Part shown: in pieces, positions 8,783 to 18,710 of the stretch
How the letters are laid out: every line of letters begins with the position of its first letter
Position numbering within the stretch: position 1 is the first letter of the stretch
Assembly (NCBI GenBank): GCA_043810925.1
Contig: JBDRNT010000089.1
Coordinates: 37,191-101,190 of the forward strand
Reading direction: 5' to 3'
DNA: 64,000 bases
Source: Candidatus Eiseniibacteriota bacterium
GTDB taxonomy: Bacteria > Arandabacterota > Arandabacteria > Arandabacterales > Arandabacteraceae
Made by a program: the position numbers and the translations under genes
The notes under the pieces: model-generated
Database searches by the model: none
Told to the model about the DNA's origin: nothing
What the model saw: the letters and a program-made list of their open reading frames with translations, nothing else

Positions 8783-11527
8783 TTGCGTCGTATAGCCATC
8801 TTCGTTGTCCTCATCTTAGCCACCGCGGCTATGCTTGCACTTTTTTCCCTCAGAGTTGTAGGTGACAATGAGGTCGTGCTTGTGGGAGAGGGCGGCGATA
8901 CGAGGGAACTCAAGTCGGGCATAAACTTCCTGAAACCCCTTGCCAAGGTCAGACGGTATAACCTGACCGACACATACGAGCTCCGGGGTGACAACGCTCT
9001 TTCAGTCAGGTTGGACCGGAAGACGAGCGCCGTCTTTGACTGTGCGGTGGATGTGAGCCTGGCGAGAGACCGTATCCGGGACCTCGATCGCGACTATGGT
9101 GACAGGGTCTTTGAGAAGTTACTGAGACCGTTGCTCGAAAGAGAGATCACCGGTCATCTTGAGGAAGCGTTCGACTCGAGCCGGCAGTTCCTCGATGCGC
9201 TGGGGGGTGAGCTCTCCGCGAGTATCAACGAGACGACGGTAGGGCTCGGTGTGACCATCTCGTCCATCCGCCTGGACAAAGTCACAGAGCGTCTGAACCA
9301 GGTCCACGATCTCAAGCGCGGCGACGGGGTCAAGGTATTCGTCCTCGGGCTGGACGGCTATGATTGGATGATCATGGACAAGGTCTCCGAGACCCACGGT
9401 CTGGCCAATATCCGAAGCATTCAGCGTGAGGGCGCGTGGGGTAACCTGCGATCGATGGAGCCCCTGATATCCCCGTTGATCTGGACTACCATGGTGACCG
9501 GGGTTACACCCGATGTGCACGGTATAACGGACTTTCTTACCAAGGACGAGAGCACGGGTGAGGACATCCCCGTCACGAGCAGCATGCGCAGGGTCCCGGC
9601 CCTATGGAACATAACCTCGTTGTTCGATCTCACCTCGGGATTCGTCGGGTGGTTTGCATCTTTTCCGGCCGAGGAAATCGAGGGCTTCATTGTCAGTGAT
9701 AGATTCGCCTACCATATGTTCGATCCACAGGGGCGCCAGGCGGGCAGGCACGCGGAGGGGGAGGGTTTGACGTACCCGCCGGGGCTCTATGACGAAGTCG
9801 GGTACCTCAGGGTCTCACCCGATGAGGCTACGGGTGATCTTAGCCTCTACACAAAGGGCCCCATAGGCACGCTCAGGGATGAATACAGCCCGGATGATAC
9901 GGACAGCAATCTGCGGCTGATCATCTCTGCCTACCGGACATATGAGAATGTGATGGCGGCTCTCTATAAGACTCATGCGCCCGATCTCTTCGGTATCTAC
10001 TTCGAGTTCACCGACAGCATCGGTCACCTGCTCATGAAGTACATGAAGCCACCGATGGCGGGGGTGAGTCAGGAAGAGCATAGGAGATACGGGGGCGGCA
10101 TCATGGCAACCTATGCCGAGGCCGACCGGATCATAGGCAACGTCCTGGATCTGGTGGATGAATCAACGGTCGTCATGATCGTGTCGGATCACGGTTTCAA
10201 GTCGGGTGACATGAGGCCGCTGACCGATTCGCGAATGGGGTTCGGCCAGGCAGTGGAATGGCACAGGATCGACGGCTCGATTGCGCTCTATGGCGGCATA
10301 GTCAAGCAGGGCTACCGGATAACCGACGCGAGCGTTCTGGATGTGGCTCCCACCATACTCCATCTACTTGGGCTGCCCGTCGACAGGAAGATGACCGGCA
10401 AGGTGCTCCTGGATGCGTTTGATGATTCCTGGGTTGAGAGTCACCCGGTGACCTACACGACCAAGTATGATTCACTGATTTCCGGAGAAGAATACACCCC
10501 GGCCGCCTCCGGTGGGGACAAGACACTCAGGGACAAACTGGTCTCACTCGGTTACGTGGCCGGCGGTAACAAGTCGCTTGTCAACCTTGCCAACTACTAT
10601 CACAGAAACGGCAAGTTTGCCGAGGCCCTCGACGTGTGGAAAGAGATTGTCAGAGAGGATCCCCGCGATCTTGGTGCTAGGATTGGAATGAGCAACGCTC
10701 ATTTCGAGTTGGGCCGGGACGACCTTGCGATTCGGGGACTGCTTGAGGTGATCGAAGACGATCCGGGTAATCTCCAGGCCTTCCAGAGTATCTCCACCAT
10801 CCATATCAAGCGTGGAAGGGCGGGAGAGGCCCTTGAGTTCGCCGAGAGGGGACTTGAGGTCGATGGCAACGATGGTATGTCCTATCTCAACAGGGGCAGC
10901 GCGCTTCAGCTCATGGGAAGGGTGGATGAGGCCGCTCAGTCTTTTCGCCGGGCGATCGAGCTCGCTCCCGATCTTCCTGAGGCATACGCGAATCTGTCCC
11001 AGATATACGTGTCAAGCGGGCGCGAGCATGAAGGCCTTGAAATGGCGCAGCGAGCGGTTGCGCTTGCCTCGGGGAAATCCGAGATGCACTACGTTCTTGG
11101 AATGGCACTCAACGCAAATGGCAGGACACAGGAGGCTCTGGACGAGTACCTGACAACGATAAGGATCAACGACAGGTTCGTCCCGGGTTACATAGGTGCA
11201 TGCGGGATCCTGTTTGCTGAAGGCAAGACCGACAGTGTCCTCATTCTGTGTGAGCACGCGCTTGAGTTTCCATCACCGTACGCGGCGCATGTTCACGGCC
11301 TGATAGGAAGCGCACACATGGGCCGTGGGAACCTGCGGGACGCTGCAAAGGAGTTTCAAACGGCGATTGAGGCCGATCGCTCTTATGTAGCGGCCCACGT
11401 GAATCTTGCCAGGATATACGGCCGGGAAGGCAAGAAGCGGGAGGCGATCGCAGAGCTTGAAACGGCGCTTTCGATCGACCCCGACGATCCCGAGGCGCGA
11501 CGCCTGCTTGAAAGTCTCCGGCGCTAG
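8783..11527 (+). CDS. Alkaline phosphatase/type I phosphodiesterase family protein with N-terminal membrane anchor, SPFH-like region and C-terminal TPRs
   Basis: LGLDGYDW, SPLIWTTMVTG, IVSDHGF, DVAPTIL; many TPR-like repeats after ~aa 600; the SPFH-like assignment is tentative. Confidence 0.8.
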   Translation: MRRIAIFVVLILATAAMLALFSLRVVGDNEVVLVGEGGDTRELKSGINFLKPLAKVRRYNLTDTYELRGDNALSVRLDRKTSAVFDCAVDVSLARDRIRDLDRDYGDRVFEKLLRPLLEREITGHLEEAFDSSRQFLDALGGELSASINETTVGLGVTISSIRLDKVTERLNQVHDLKRGDGVKVFVLGLDGYDWMIMDKVSETHGLANIRSIQREGAWGNLRSMEPLISPLIWTTMVTGVTPDVHGITDFLTKDESTGEDIPVTSSMRRVPALWNITSLFDLTSGFVGWFASFPAEEIEGFIVSDRFAYHMFDPQGRQAGRHAEGEGLTYPPGLYDEVGYLRVSPDEATGDLSLYTKGPIGTLRDEYSPDDTDSNLRLIISAYRTYENVMAALYKTHAPDLFGIYFEFTDSIGHLLMKYMKPPMAGVSQEEHRRYGGGIMATYAEADRIIGNVLDLVDESTVVMIVSDHGFKSGDMRPLTDSRMGFGQAVEWHRIDGSIALYGGIVKQGYRITDASVLDVAPTILHLLGLPVDRKMTGKVLLDAFDDSWVESHPVTYTTKYDSLISGEEYTPAASGGDKTLRDKLVSLGYVAGGNKSLVNLANYYHRNGKFAEALDVWKEIVREDPRDLGARIGMSNAHFELGRDDLAIRGLLEVIEDDPGNLQAFQSISTIHIKRGRAGEALEFAERGLEVDGNDGMSYLNRGSALQLMGRVDEAAQSFRRAIELAPDLPEAYANLSQIYVSSGREHEGLEMAQRAVALASGKSEMHYVLGMALNANGRTQEALDEYLTTIRINDRFVPGYIGACGILFAEGKTDSVLILCEHALEFPSPYAAHVHGLIGSAHMGRGNLRDAAKEFQTAIEADRSYVAAHVNLARIYGREGKKREAIAELETALSIDPDDPEARRLLESLRR

Positions 11528-11613
11528 CCTCGAACACCTCTGAAAGAGCTAATGCCCCCGCCTCAGCCAGCCGAACTATACCTCCGGGCGCGGCTCATAA
11601 TGGAGGTGCAGAT

Positions 11614-11859
11614 ATGGCCACGAAACGTCAGACCAAGAAGCACTTAAGCCCTAAGGACTACACGCGGCCCCTGTTCAAGGGAACGTGGGAAGGAATGTAC
11701 ACATTCTGGAAGAATCCGGCAATGTGGTCCGACCAGGTTGTTTACAAGACTCTCAAGGAAATGGGAGGCAAGCCCTACACGGCACGTGACGTTCGTTCCA
11801 TGATCAAGACCTATTGCACGATCATGAGAGAGTACGTCGAGAAGACCAAGAACTGGTAA
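11614..11859 (+). CDS. Small basic hypothetical protein (81 aa)
   Basis: GGAGGT SD, ATG, followed by a GC-rich hairpin. Confidence 0.7.
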   Translation: MATKRQTKKHLSPKDYTRPLFKGTWEGMYTFWKNPAMWSDQVVYKTLKEMGGKPYTARDVRSMIKTYCTIMREYVEKTKNW

Positions 11860-11905
11860 GTAGCCTGTAGGTTTGTAAGTTGATCCGAGCCGCGGTTGCA
11901 ATTAC

Positions 11906-11938
11906 GGGGAGCCGGCCTGATGGGCGGCTCCCCTTCTC
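11906..11938 (+). terminator. Probable intrinsic terminator
   Basis: GGGGAGCCG...CGGCTCCCC followed by TTCTC (weak U tract). Confidence 0.55.
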
Positions 11939-11958
11939 ATTGACAAGCACGGGATGAC

Positions 11959-12420
11959 ATGGCAAGCATGAAAGGCATACGGATTGTAAGTTCGGGAATT
12001 TCGGTCTACGAGGTCGAAGTCGATCTTGGCGGATACAGTTCGCTGAGGACCGACAGACTGGACGGATTCATCCCCAAGCTGCTTCGGATGTTCCCGGCCA
12101 TGCGCAAGCATGAATGCTACGCAGGCGAGGCGGGTGGGTTCATACGTGAGCTCAATCTGGGTACGGACCTTGCTCACGTCATGGAACATCTGACACTCGA
12201 GATGCTTAAGGTGGCTTCGAAGCAGCAAAAGAGATTCAGCGGATGGACCCGGAAGAAGGGCAAGAACTATGTGATTCACTTTCAAGCGCCGGACGGAGCC
12301 ACGGGACGATGTGCAGCCCGGAGCGCCATAGAGGTGATAGAGGGTATCCTTGAAGGGCGGAATCTGAGCAAGCGGGCCTTGATAAGGGACATCAGAGCAT
12401 GTATGGAGGGCGAACAATGA
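11959..12420 (+). CDS. Stand-alone cyanophycin synthetase N-terminal-like domain protein
   Basis: FPAMRKHEC...GGFIREL..GTDLAHVMEHLTLEM...SGWTR resembles the CphA1 N domain. Confidence 0.75.
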   Translation: MASMKGIRIVSSGISVYEVEVDLGGYSSLRTDRLDGFIPKLLRMFPAMRKHECYAGEAGGFIRELNLGTDLAHVMEHLTLEMLKVASKQQKRFSGWTRKKGKNYVIHFQAPDGATGRCAARSAIEVIEGILEGRNLSKRALIRDIRACMEGEQ

Positions 12421-12866
12421 GACTGAAGACTCTCTTTGTGGGTTTGCCCCGGGCGAGGGTGCAGAAGGTGGTCTCGTCGGTTGAGGCGGCCTCATCGCTC
12501 AGGCTGGGTGTGACGGTGTGCAGCGATCCCGGTGATAGACTGGGTGAACTTGTCTCGAGGTGTGACGCCGTCTTCATGAACAGACATATCGATGATGCTC
12601 GCCTGGACCTCTCATTGAGTGCGATTCGCGAGCATCGCGACGACGTACCGGTGACGCTCGTGTACGAGTCCGAACCCGACGGAAAGGCTTTCGTCTTCGC
12701 GAGAAAATACGATTGCTGGCTCTTCAGCGAGAACGACCGGCGGAACAGAACGCTCACACCTGCCGAGGTCGGCGAAGGGTTGCTCAGGGAGTCGGCAAGG
12801 GACGAAACCAAGAAGCGGCTCATGGAGATATCGTTCTCGACCGGACCCTGTTCCACCGGGGAATAG
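12417..12866 (+). CDS. Hypothetical protein, possibly a degenerate receiver-like fold
   Basis: ATGA overlap with the upstream gene, GGAGG SD; alternating beta/alpha pattern (DAVFMN, PVTLVY). Confidence 0.7.
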   Translation: MRLKTLFVGLPRARVQKVVSSVEAASSLRLGVTVCSDPGDRLGELVSRCDAVFMNRHIDDARLDLSLSAIREHRDDVPVTLVYESEPDGKAFVFARKYDCWLFSENDRRNRTLTPAEVGEGLLRESARDETKKRLMEISFSTGPCSTGE

Positions 12867-12872
12867 CCCGGG

Positions 12873-14717
12873 CTAAGGCATTCTGCGTTTCACAAACCCG
12901 ATCAGCCGGTTCTTGGCGTCGCTGCAGTCTCCTCCCTCGATTACGCTCGCGACATAGGCATCAAGGTAGGACAAGCTTATCCGTGACTTTTCCAACATCC
13001 TGCCGGCTGCGGTGTAAGATGCGAAGAAGAATGGATCCCGCTCCAGCGAATCCAGATAGTAAATCAATGCTGCTTGGGTGTCGCCCTCAGCCTCTGCCAC
13101 CGCCCCAAGCTGGTGGAAAGCGGCTGCGTTCTTAGACTCAATCTCAAGGGCAGCAAGCGCGAGCCGGCGGGCTTCATCCATATTGCCGTCGAGTCTCTGG
13201 ACATAGGCCTTGTTCACCGTTATGGACGGGAACTCCGTGTGCGAGACGTCAAGGAAGTCGATATTTGAGGCAAGGCCGGCCACAAGAAGAACAGTGACCG
13301 GAACCACCACGTCGCGTGCCTTCCTCAGCCTTATGTCGCCAAGCAGACCCGCGGCCCCCGAAGCGGCGAGTGGAATGAGGAATGCTATTGCGGGAAGCCT
13401 GAAGCGCTCGCAGGCAAAAAAGATTATGCTGACGAGAAGCATGCTCGCATAACCGAGCGTAAGCACCCACAGGTCCCTGTTACCTCTGGCGGCGTAGATC
13501 ACCCCGACCATGGCGAGGGGAAAGATGATTCCGAAATGTATCACAGGCAGGAACAGGTGATGCCATGCCGATCGACGTCCGGAGATGTCCGCGTTGTTGT
13601 CGACCTCGTATCTGCCTATAGAAATCAAGAGCTTCCTGCCGGCAAGTTTGAGCCACCTGTCCGGACTTTCACTGATGAATCTGAGTGCGCGGTCCCGGAA
13701 GAAGGCAGATCTCGCAGCCCCGCCGAGTGCGAGTCTGTCGGCCTCGATTCTCACGTGGTCGCCTTCGCCGAAGCGAAACGGATCCATGCCGTCGGTCGCT
13801 GCATTGTTACCGATGAAGAGGTTGACTCCGAAACTCGAGGTGACCGGGATGATCTCACCCGATACGAGGTAGTTGTGTGAAAGACTCGCGGCTATCGGTA
13901 TCAGGGCACCCAGAATGAAGACCGCCGCCTTCGCGTATGCGCGGGACCTGTCAAGGAGCAGTCTCAGTGTCATGAGACCGATCATCAGGATCGTTCCGCC
14001 CCAGATGAGTGTGCTCACGCCGAGAACGGCGCCTGAGGCGATCAGGTTGCCCCGTCTTCTGGCGACTGCGACGCCGATCACGAAGACGAGAAAGGCGACT
14101 ATTGTCGCGTAGTACGCACCGGCCGGAGCGGGCAGCTCCCGGCCCCTAAGCACGCTCACCGCATTCATGGTGAACGGCACCGCATGAACATAGAAAAGCC
14201 CCATCGCACCGAGTAAGAACGCCTTACCTATGACGGCCATACGGGTTTCGTCACGCCGTATGAAGAGCAATGTACCGGCCAGCAGGAAAGACATGCACAG
14301 TGTCGTCGGAAGAATCTCGCCCGCGAAGTGATAGAAGCTCCAGTAAAAGGTCATTAGCAGCGACGCAACCAGCGCCACGGACCGGGAGAAGAGTTTCCCG
14401 GCAATCATCCCCATGAGCAGGACGTTGATTGCCAGCAGCATGCTCTGGCAGATCATGACGGCGAATCTGCTGGCTCCCGACAAGTAGTAAATGGCCGCAA
14501 GAAAAGCCGGGTAAAGGGGGCTCAGGAAGAAGGGTTGAGCAGGTGGCGTACCGGCCAGGATTTGCTTGGCCTGGCTGTCATAGACAAGCGGGTTGGCGAC
14601 AAGATACCTGACAAACGCCTGATCCCGGATCTGTAACATGTAGATAACAGACAGTGCAAAGGCGAGGATGGGCGGTACGTATAAGAGCCACTTCGGCAGC
14701 CTGTGTTCTTCCGGCAC
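12873..14717 (-). CDS. Membrane glycosyltransferase (GT-C, ArnT/PMT-like) with C-terminal TPR
   Basis: Many TM segments, SPLYPAFLA, GVNLFIGNN, ERFRLP, TPR-like tail. Confidence 0.75.
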   Translation of the reverse strand: MPEEHRLPKWLLYVPPILAFALSVIYMLQIRDQAFVRYLVANPLVYDSQAKQILAGTPPAQPFFLSPLYPAFLAAIYYLSGASRFAVMICQSMLLAINVLLMGMIAGKLFSRSVALVASLLMTFYWSFYHFAGEILPTTLCMSFLLAGTLLFIRRDETRMAVIGKAFLLGAMGLFYVHAVPFTMNAVSVLRGRELPAPAGAYYATIVAFLVFVIGVAVARRRGNLIASGAVLGVSTLIWGGTILMIGLMTLRLLLDRSRAYAKAAVFILGALIPIAASLSHNYLVSGEIIPVTSSFGVNLFIGNNAATDGMDPFRFGEGDHVRIEADRLALGGAARSAFFRDRALRFISESPDRWLKLAGRKLLISIGRYEVDNNADISGRRSAWHHLFLPVIHFGIIFPLAMVGVIYAARGNRDLWVLTLGYASMLLVSIIFFACERFRLPAIAFLIPLAASGAAGLLGDIRLRKARDVVVPVTVLLVAGLASNIDFLDVSHTEFPSITVNKAYVQRLDGNMDEARRLALAALEIESKNAAAFHQLGAVAEAEGDTQAALIYYLDSLERDPFFFASYTAAGRMLEKSRISLSYLDAYVASVIEGGDCSDAKNRLIGFVKRRMP

Positions 14718-14781
14718 GCATACCTCCTCAAGCAGTCTCCGGCCTGGAGAATCGCGACGATGTTAGCAGAAGCGCCCCGAA

Positions 14782-14873
14782 CCGTCAATAATGGGGTCAG
14801 AGCTCAAAAGGTGACTCTTGTGGGGTCAGAGCTCAGGTTTGCACCTTTTGAGCTCTGACCCCATTATTGACGG
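14782..14873. repeat. Perfect 32-bp inverted repeat of the GGGGTCAGAGCTC family with a third copy in the loop
   Basis: Arms 14782-14813 and 14842-14873; internal tggggtcagagctca at 14821. Confidence 0.9.
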
Positions 14874-15106
14874 GGACCGGTGCGAGCAGTAGTATGTAGT
14901 ACACGCAAGCCCCCGTTAGAAGGCGCTGGTTGATGGCAATAGATAACGTGGCATCAGGAAACCTGACCCCGCCGGGGGTGTTTCATATTTCATGGATAGT
15001 TTTCTCAAGTATGATATACTCATTTGGAAGAACATATCTGATGGTCGGGTCGATAGTGGATCCACCGGAGCTCTCTATGCAGTGAGAGAGCAGGGAGGAC
15101 TTTGCT

Positions 15107-16939
15107 TTGTGTGGAATAATAGGTTACGTAGGCAGTAAAGACGTACTACCCCTCTTGATCGAGGGACTCAAACGCCTGGAATACAGAGGCTATGATTCGG
15201 CCGGAGTCGCCATCCATAGTGGCGGCAAGGTTCTCGTTGAGAAGGTAGCCGGGAAGATCAGCGCACTCGAAGAGAGGCTCGCCACGGTTGACCTCAAAGG
15301 CTCAAGCGGAATCGGCCACACGCGATGGGCGACCCACGGAGTGCCGTCCCAGACAAACGCGCACCCGCACGTCGACTGTGCCTCCAGAGTAGCTCTGGTT
15401 CATAACGGGATAATAGAAAACTGCAATGTCCTTCGGAGTATGCTCACGAAGGAAGGCCATTCGTTCAGGACCGATACCGACACCGAGGTGCTGGCCCATC
15501 TGATCGAGAGATTCTGTGAACGCGGCAAGCCGCTTGAGGAATCTGTTCGGGGAGCACTTCGCATGGTCAAGGGAACCTACGGGCTTGCAGTCATATCGGC
15601 CGATGAACCCGGAAAGATAGTGGCGGCCAGACATGGAAGTCCCCTGGTGATCGGCGTCGGTGATAATGAGAACTTCGTGGCATCGGATGTGCCGGCAATC
15701 TTAAGTCACACCCGGGATGTGGTTTACCTGGATGACGGTGAGGTGGCTGTCCTTACCAAGGACGGTTTCAGCACGGTCACGAGCGACGACCAGGAAGTGA
15801 TCAAAGAAGTCGAGAGAATCACATGGGACCTCGAGATGGCCGAAAAGGGCGGGTTCCCGCATTTCATGCTGAAGGAGATCTTCGAGCAGCCGCAGAGCAT
15901 CATGAATGCGATGGCGGGCAGGACCGTACCCGAGACGGGACAGGCACACCTGGGTGGTGTCACTCTGACAGATGACGAGATTCGTAACATCTCGAGAATC
16001 GTGATCACGGCTTGCGGCACTTCATGGCATGCTGGGTTGATCGGTGAGTATATGCTGGAGGAGTACACGCGAATACCGGTTGAGGTCGAGTACGCATCCG
16101 AGTTCAGGTATCGCGATCCCCTGGTCGACCCCTCTTCCGTCGTGGTGGTGATCAGCCAGTCAGGGGAGACCGCCGACACGCTCGCTGCCATGAGGGAAGC
16201 TCAGCAGAAGGGTTCCAAGGCAGTCGGAATATGCAACGTGGTGGGCAGCACGATTGCCAGAGAGTCCGACTGCGGTACGTATGTCCACGCCGGACCCGAG
16301 ATAGGGGTCGCCTCGACAAAGGCCTTTACGTCCCAGGTGATAGTCGAGATGCTGCTCACACTGCACCTCGCAGAGACCCGGCTCGGACGGTTCGAAGCCG
16401 GGCGCGAGATAGTCAGAGCGCTCCAGAGGCTGCCTGAGCAGGTCCAGGGTATCCTTGAAAGGAGCGAGGAGATCAAGAAGATCGCGCTCGAGTACGCGAG
16501 CAGCAACAACTTCCTCTACCTGGGCAGGGGTTCCAACTTCCCGGTTGCCCTGGAGGGCGCTCTTAAGCTTAAAGAGATAAGCTACATCCATGCGGAGGGC
16601 TACCCCGCGGCCGAAATGAAACACGGCCCCATCGCTCTGATTGACGATAAGATGCCGGTGGTCGTTATCGCTGTGAAGGACAGTGCCTACGATAAGATCA
16701 TGGGTAACATCGAAGAGGTGAGGGCCAGGGGCGGCCGGATTCTGGCCATAGCAAGCGAGGGAGACGGGGAGATCGCCAAGAAGGTCGACCGCGTTATCTA
16801 TGTCCCGATGACCTTGCCGGCGTTGACTCCCATTCTGTCGGTCATTCCCCTCCAGTTGCTTGCCTATCATATAGCGGTCAGCAGAGGGTGTAACGTAGAC
16901 CAGCCAAGAAATCTTGCGAAGAGCGTAACAGTGGAATAA
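15107..16939 (+). CDS. glmS: Glutamine-fructose-6-phosphate transaminase
   Basis: MCGIIG, LEYRGYDSAG, GHTRWATHG, C-terminal PRNLAKSVTVE. Confidence 0.98.
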   Translation: MCGIIGYVGSKDVLPLLIEGLKRLEYRGYDSAGVAIHSGGKVLVEKVAGKISALEERLATVDLKGSSGIGHTRWATHGVPSQTNAHPHVDCASRVALVHNGIIENCNVLRSMLTKEGHSFRTDTDTEVLAHLIERFCERGKPLEESVRGALRMVKGTYGLAVISADEPGKIVAARHGSPLVIGVGDNENFVASDVPAILSHTRDVVYLDDGEVAVLTKDGFSTVTSDDQEVIKEVERITWDLEMAEKGGFPHFMLKEIFEQPQSIMNAMAGRTVPETGQAHLGGVTLTDDEIRNISRIVITACGTSWHAGLIGEYMLEEYTRIPVEVEYASEFRYRDPLVDPSSVVVVISQSGETADTLAAMREAQQKGSKAVGICNVVGSTIARESDCGTYVHAGPEIGVASTKAFTSQVIVEMLLTLHLAETRLGRFEAGREIVRALQRLPEQVQGILERSEEIKKIALEYASSNNFLYLGRGSNFPVALEGALKLKEISYIHAEGYPAAEMKHGPIALIDDKMPVVVIAVKDSAYDKIMGNIEEVRARGGRILAIASEGDGEIAKKVDRVIYVPMTLPALTPILSVIPLQLLAYHIAVSRGCNVDQPRNLAKSVTVE

Positions 16940-16940
16940 G

Positions 16941-18710
16941 GTGATAACGAAGTTGAATCTCGCCCACCTTCTGGTTGCCTGTCTTCCGGTTTTCGTGATT
17001 GCGTACCTCGTCTATGGGCGCTTCATCAGCCGTGTCTTCGGTGAGGACGGACGCAGAATAACCCCGGCCCGGGCAATGGAGGACGGAAAGGATTACGTCC
17101 CCGCCAATCCTCTGGTTCTTTTCAGTCATCACTTCGCATCAATAGCCGGTGGTGGTCCCGTGGTAGGGCCCGCGGTTGCGCTTGTCTTCGGATACGGACC
17201 CGCCTGGCTCTGGATCGTACTTGGTGCTGTTTTCATTGGTGCGGTTCACGACTTCTCATCACTCTTTGTCAGCATACGGGAAGGTGGGAAGTCCATTGCA
17301 GAGGTGGCGGAGCGCTATCTTGGAAGGCGAGGCTTCGTTCTTTTCATATCATTCGCGGTTGTCTACATACTGCTGGTCACATCTGCTTTTCTCCAAATGA
17401 CGGCCACGGCTCTGACCTCGCTTGTGCCGGTTGAATCTTTGAATCTTCAGGGTACCGAGACGCTGCTCAAGACAACCGTGTCTGAGGGCAAGACCTTTGT
17501 AAGGATCGGAGGCATCGCCTCCACATCGGTCATATTCATCACCTGCCTGGCGCCGCTTTTGGGCTGGCTCCTCTACCGGAAATCGCTCAGGGCTTCGCTT
17601 GCCGCCGTATTCGCCATAGCAGTTGCGGTGGGGTCGATAAGAATCGGGCTCAAGTATCCTGTAAGCATAGGGCCCTCTACGTGGATGCTGATTCTCTCGG
17701 TCTATGTTTTCTTTGCCTCAGGCATTCCTGTCTGGGTGATCCTCCAGCCGCGAGACTTCACCAACGCCTTCATTCTCTTCGGTGGGATCATAGGTCTGGT
17801 GACTGCGACTATTGTCGGGGGACTGAAAGGTATGACGCTCTCCGCCCCGTCGTTTGACCTCGCCTCCGGGCAGGATGCACTGGGCAGCCTTTGGCCCTTT
17901 CTCTTCATAACCATTGCCTGCGGTGCGATCTCAGGCTTCCACGCGCTCGTTGCGAGTGGGACTACATCGAAACAGATATCAAGCGAGACACATGCGAAGA
18001 GAATCGGTTACGGTGGTATGCTCCTGGAGGGCGTGCTTGCGGTTTGTGTGGTGACGGCGATTGCCGGGGGGATCAAGTTTGCCGCATACAAGAGCATCGT
18101 CTTTCCGGAAGTGGGAAGATCCAATCCCATCCTCGGCTTCGCAATGGGAATGGGAGGGTTGCTTTACAGAAGTCTCGGCGTAAACCAGGCCTACGGCACC
18201 GTATTCGGTATCCTCATGGTCGAGGGTTTCGTGGTGACGACGCTTGATACAGCCGTCAGACTCAACAGGTACCTCTTTGAGGGTTTGTGGAAATCGGTAT
18301 TCAGAGAGCCGCCCCGCATCCTGAGGAGTTACTACTTTAATTCGCTCTTGTGCGTGGTATTGATGTTGATACTTGCGAAGACAAATGCCTTTCTCTCGAT
18401 CTGGCCGATATTCGGTACCGCGAACCAGCTTCTGGCCGCGCTGACCCTGACGGTCGTCACCGTCTGGTTGATGAGAAAGCGGAAGCCCTTCATCTTTGCC
18501 CTTCTGCCTGCCGGGTTCATGATTGCCACAACTACGGCGGCACTCATAAAGCTACTCTTCACGAAGTACCTGCCCCAGCGTAACATCACGCTGACGATTG
18601 CCGACATCCTGCTCCTGGGGCTCTCGATCGCTTTTGTCCTGCTGGCGGTGTCAATCTTAAGAAAGAGAGGGGACAGAGAAAATGAACCTGTACGAGGTGA
18701 AGTCGCCTGA
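16941..18710 (+). CDS. cstA: Carbon starvation CstA family transporter
   Basis: TPA..DGKDYVP, HHFASIAGGGPVVGP, FITIACGAISGFHAL, WPIFGTANQLLA. Confidence 0.93.
   Translation: MITKLNLAHLLVACLPVFVIAYLVYGRFISRVFGEDGRRITPARAMEDGKDYVPANPLVLFSHHFASIAGGGPVVGPAVALVFGYGPAWLWIVLGAVFIGAVHDFSSLFVSIREGGKSIAEVAERYLGRRGFVLFISFAVVYILLVTSAFLQMTATALTSLVPVESLNLQGTETLLKTTVSEGKTFVRIGGIASTSVIFITCLAPLLGWLLYRKSLRASLAAVFAIAVAVGSIRIGLKYPVSIGPSTWMLILSVYVFFASGIPVWVILQPRDFTNAFILFGGIIGLVTATIVGGLKGMTLSAPSFDLASGQDALGSLWPFLFITIACGAISGFHALVASGTTSKQISSETHAKRIGYGGMLLEGVLAVCVVTAIAGGIKFAAYKSIVFPEVGRSNPILGFAMGMGGLLYRSLGVNQAYGTVFGILMVEGFVVTTLDTAVRLNRYLFEGLWKSVFREPPRILRSYYFNSLLCVVLMLILAKTNAFLSIWPIFGTANQLLAALTLTVVTVWLMRKRKPFIFALLPAGFMIATTTAALIKLLFTKYLPQRNITLTIADILLLGLSIAFVLLAVSILRKRGDRENEPVRGEVA

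Noticed and set aside
14880-15106. glmS ribozyme in the long leader
   Set aside because: No AGCGCC...GACGAGG core visible
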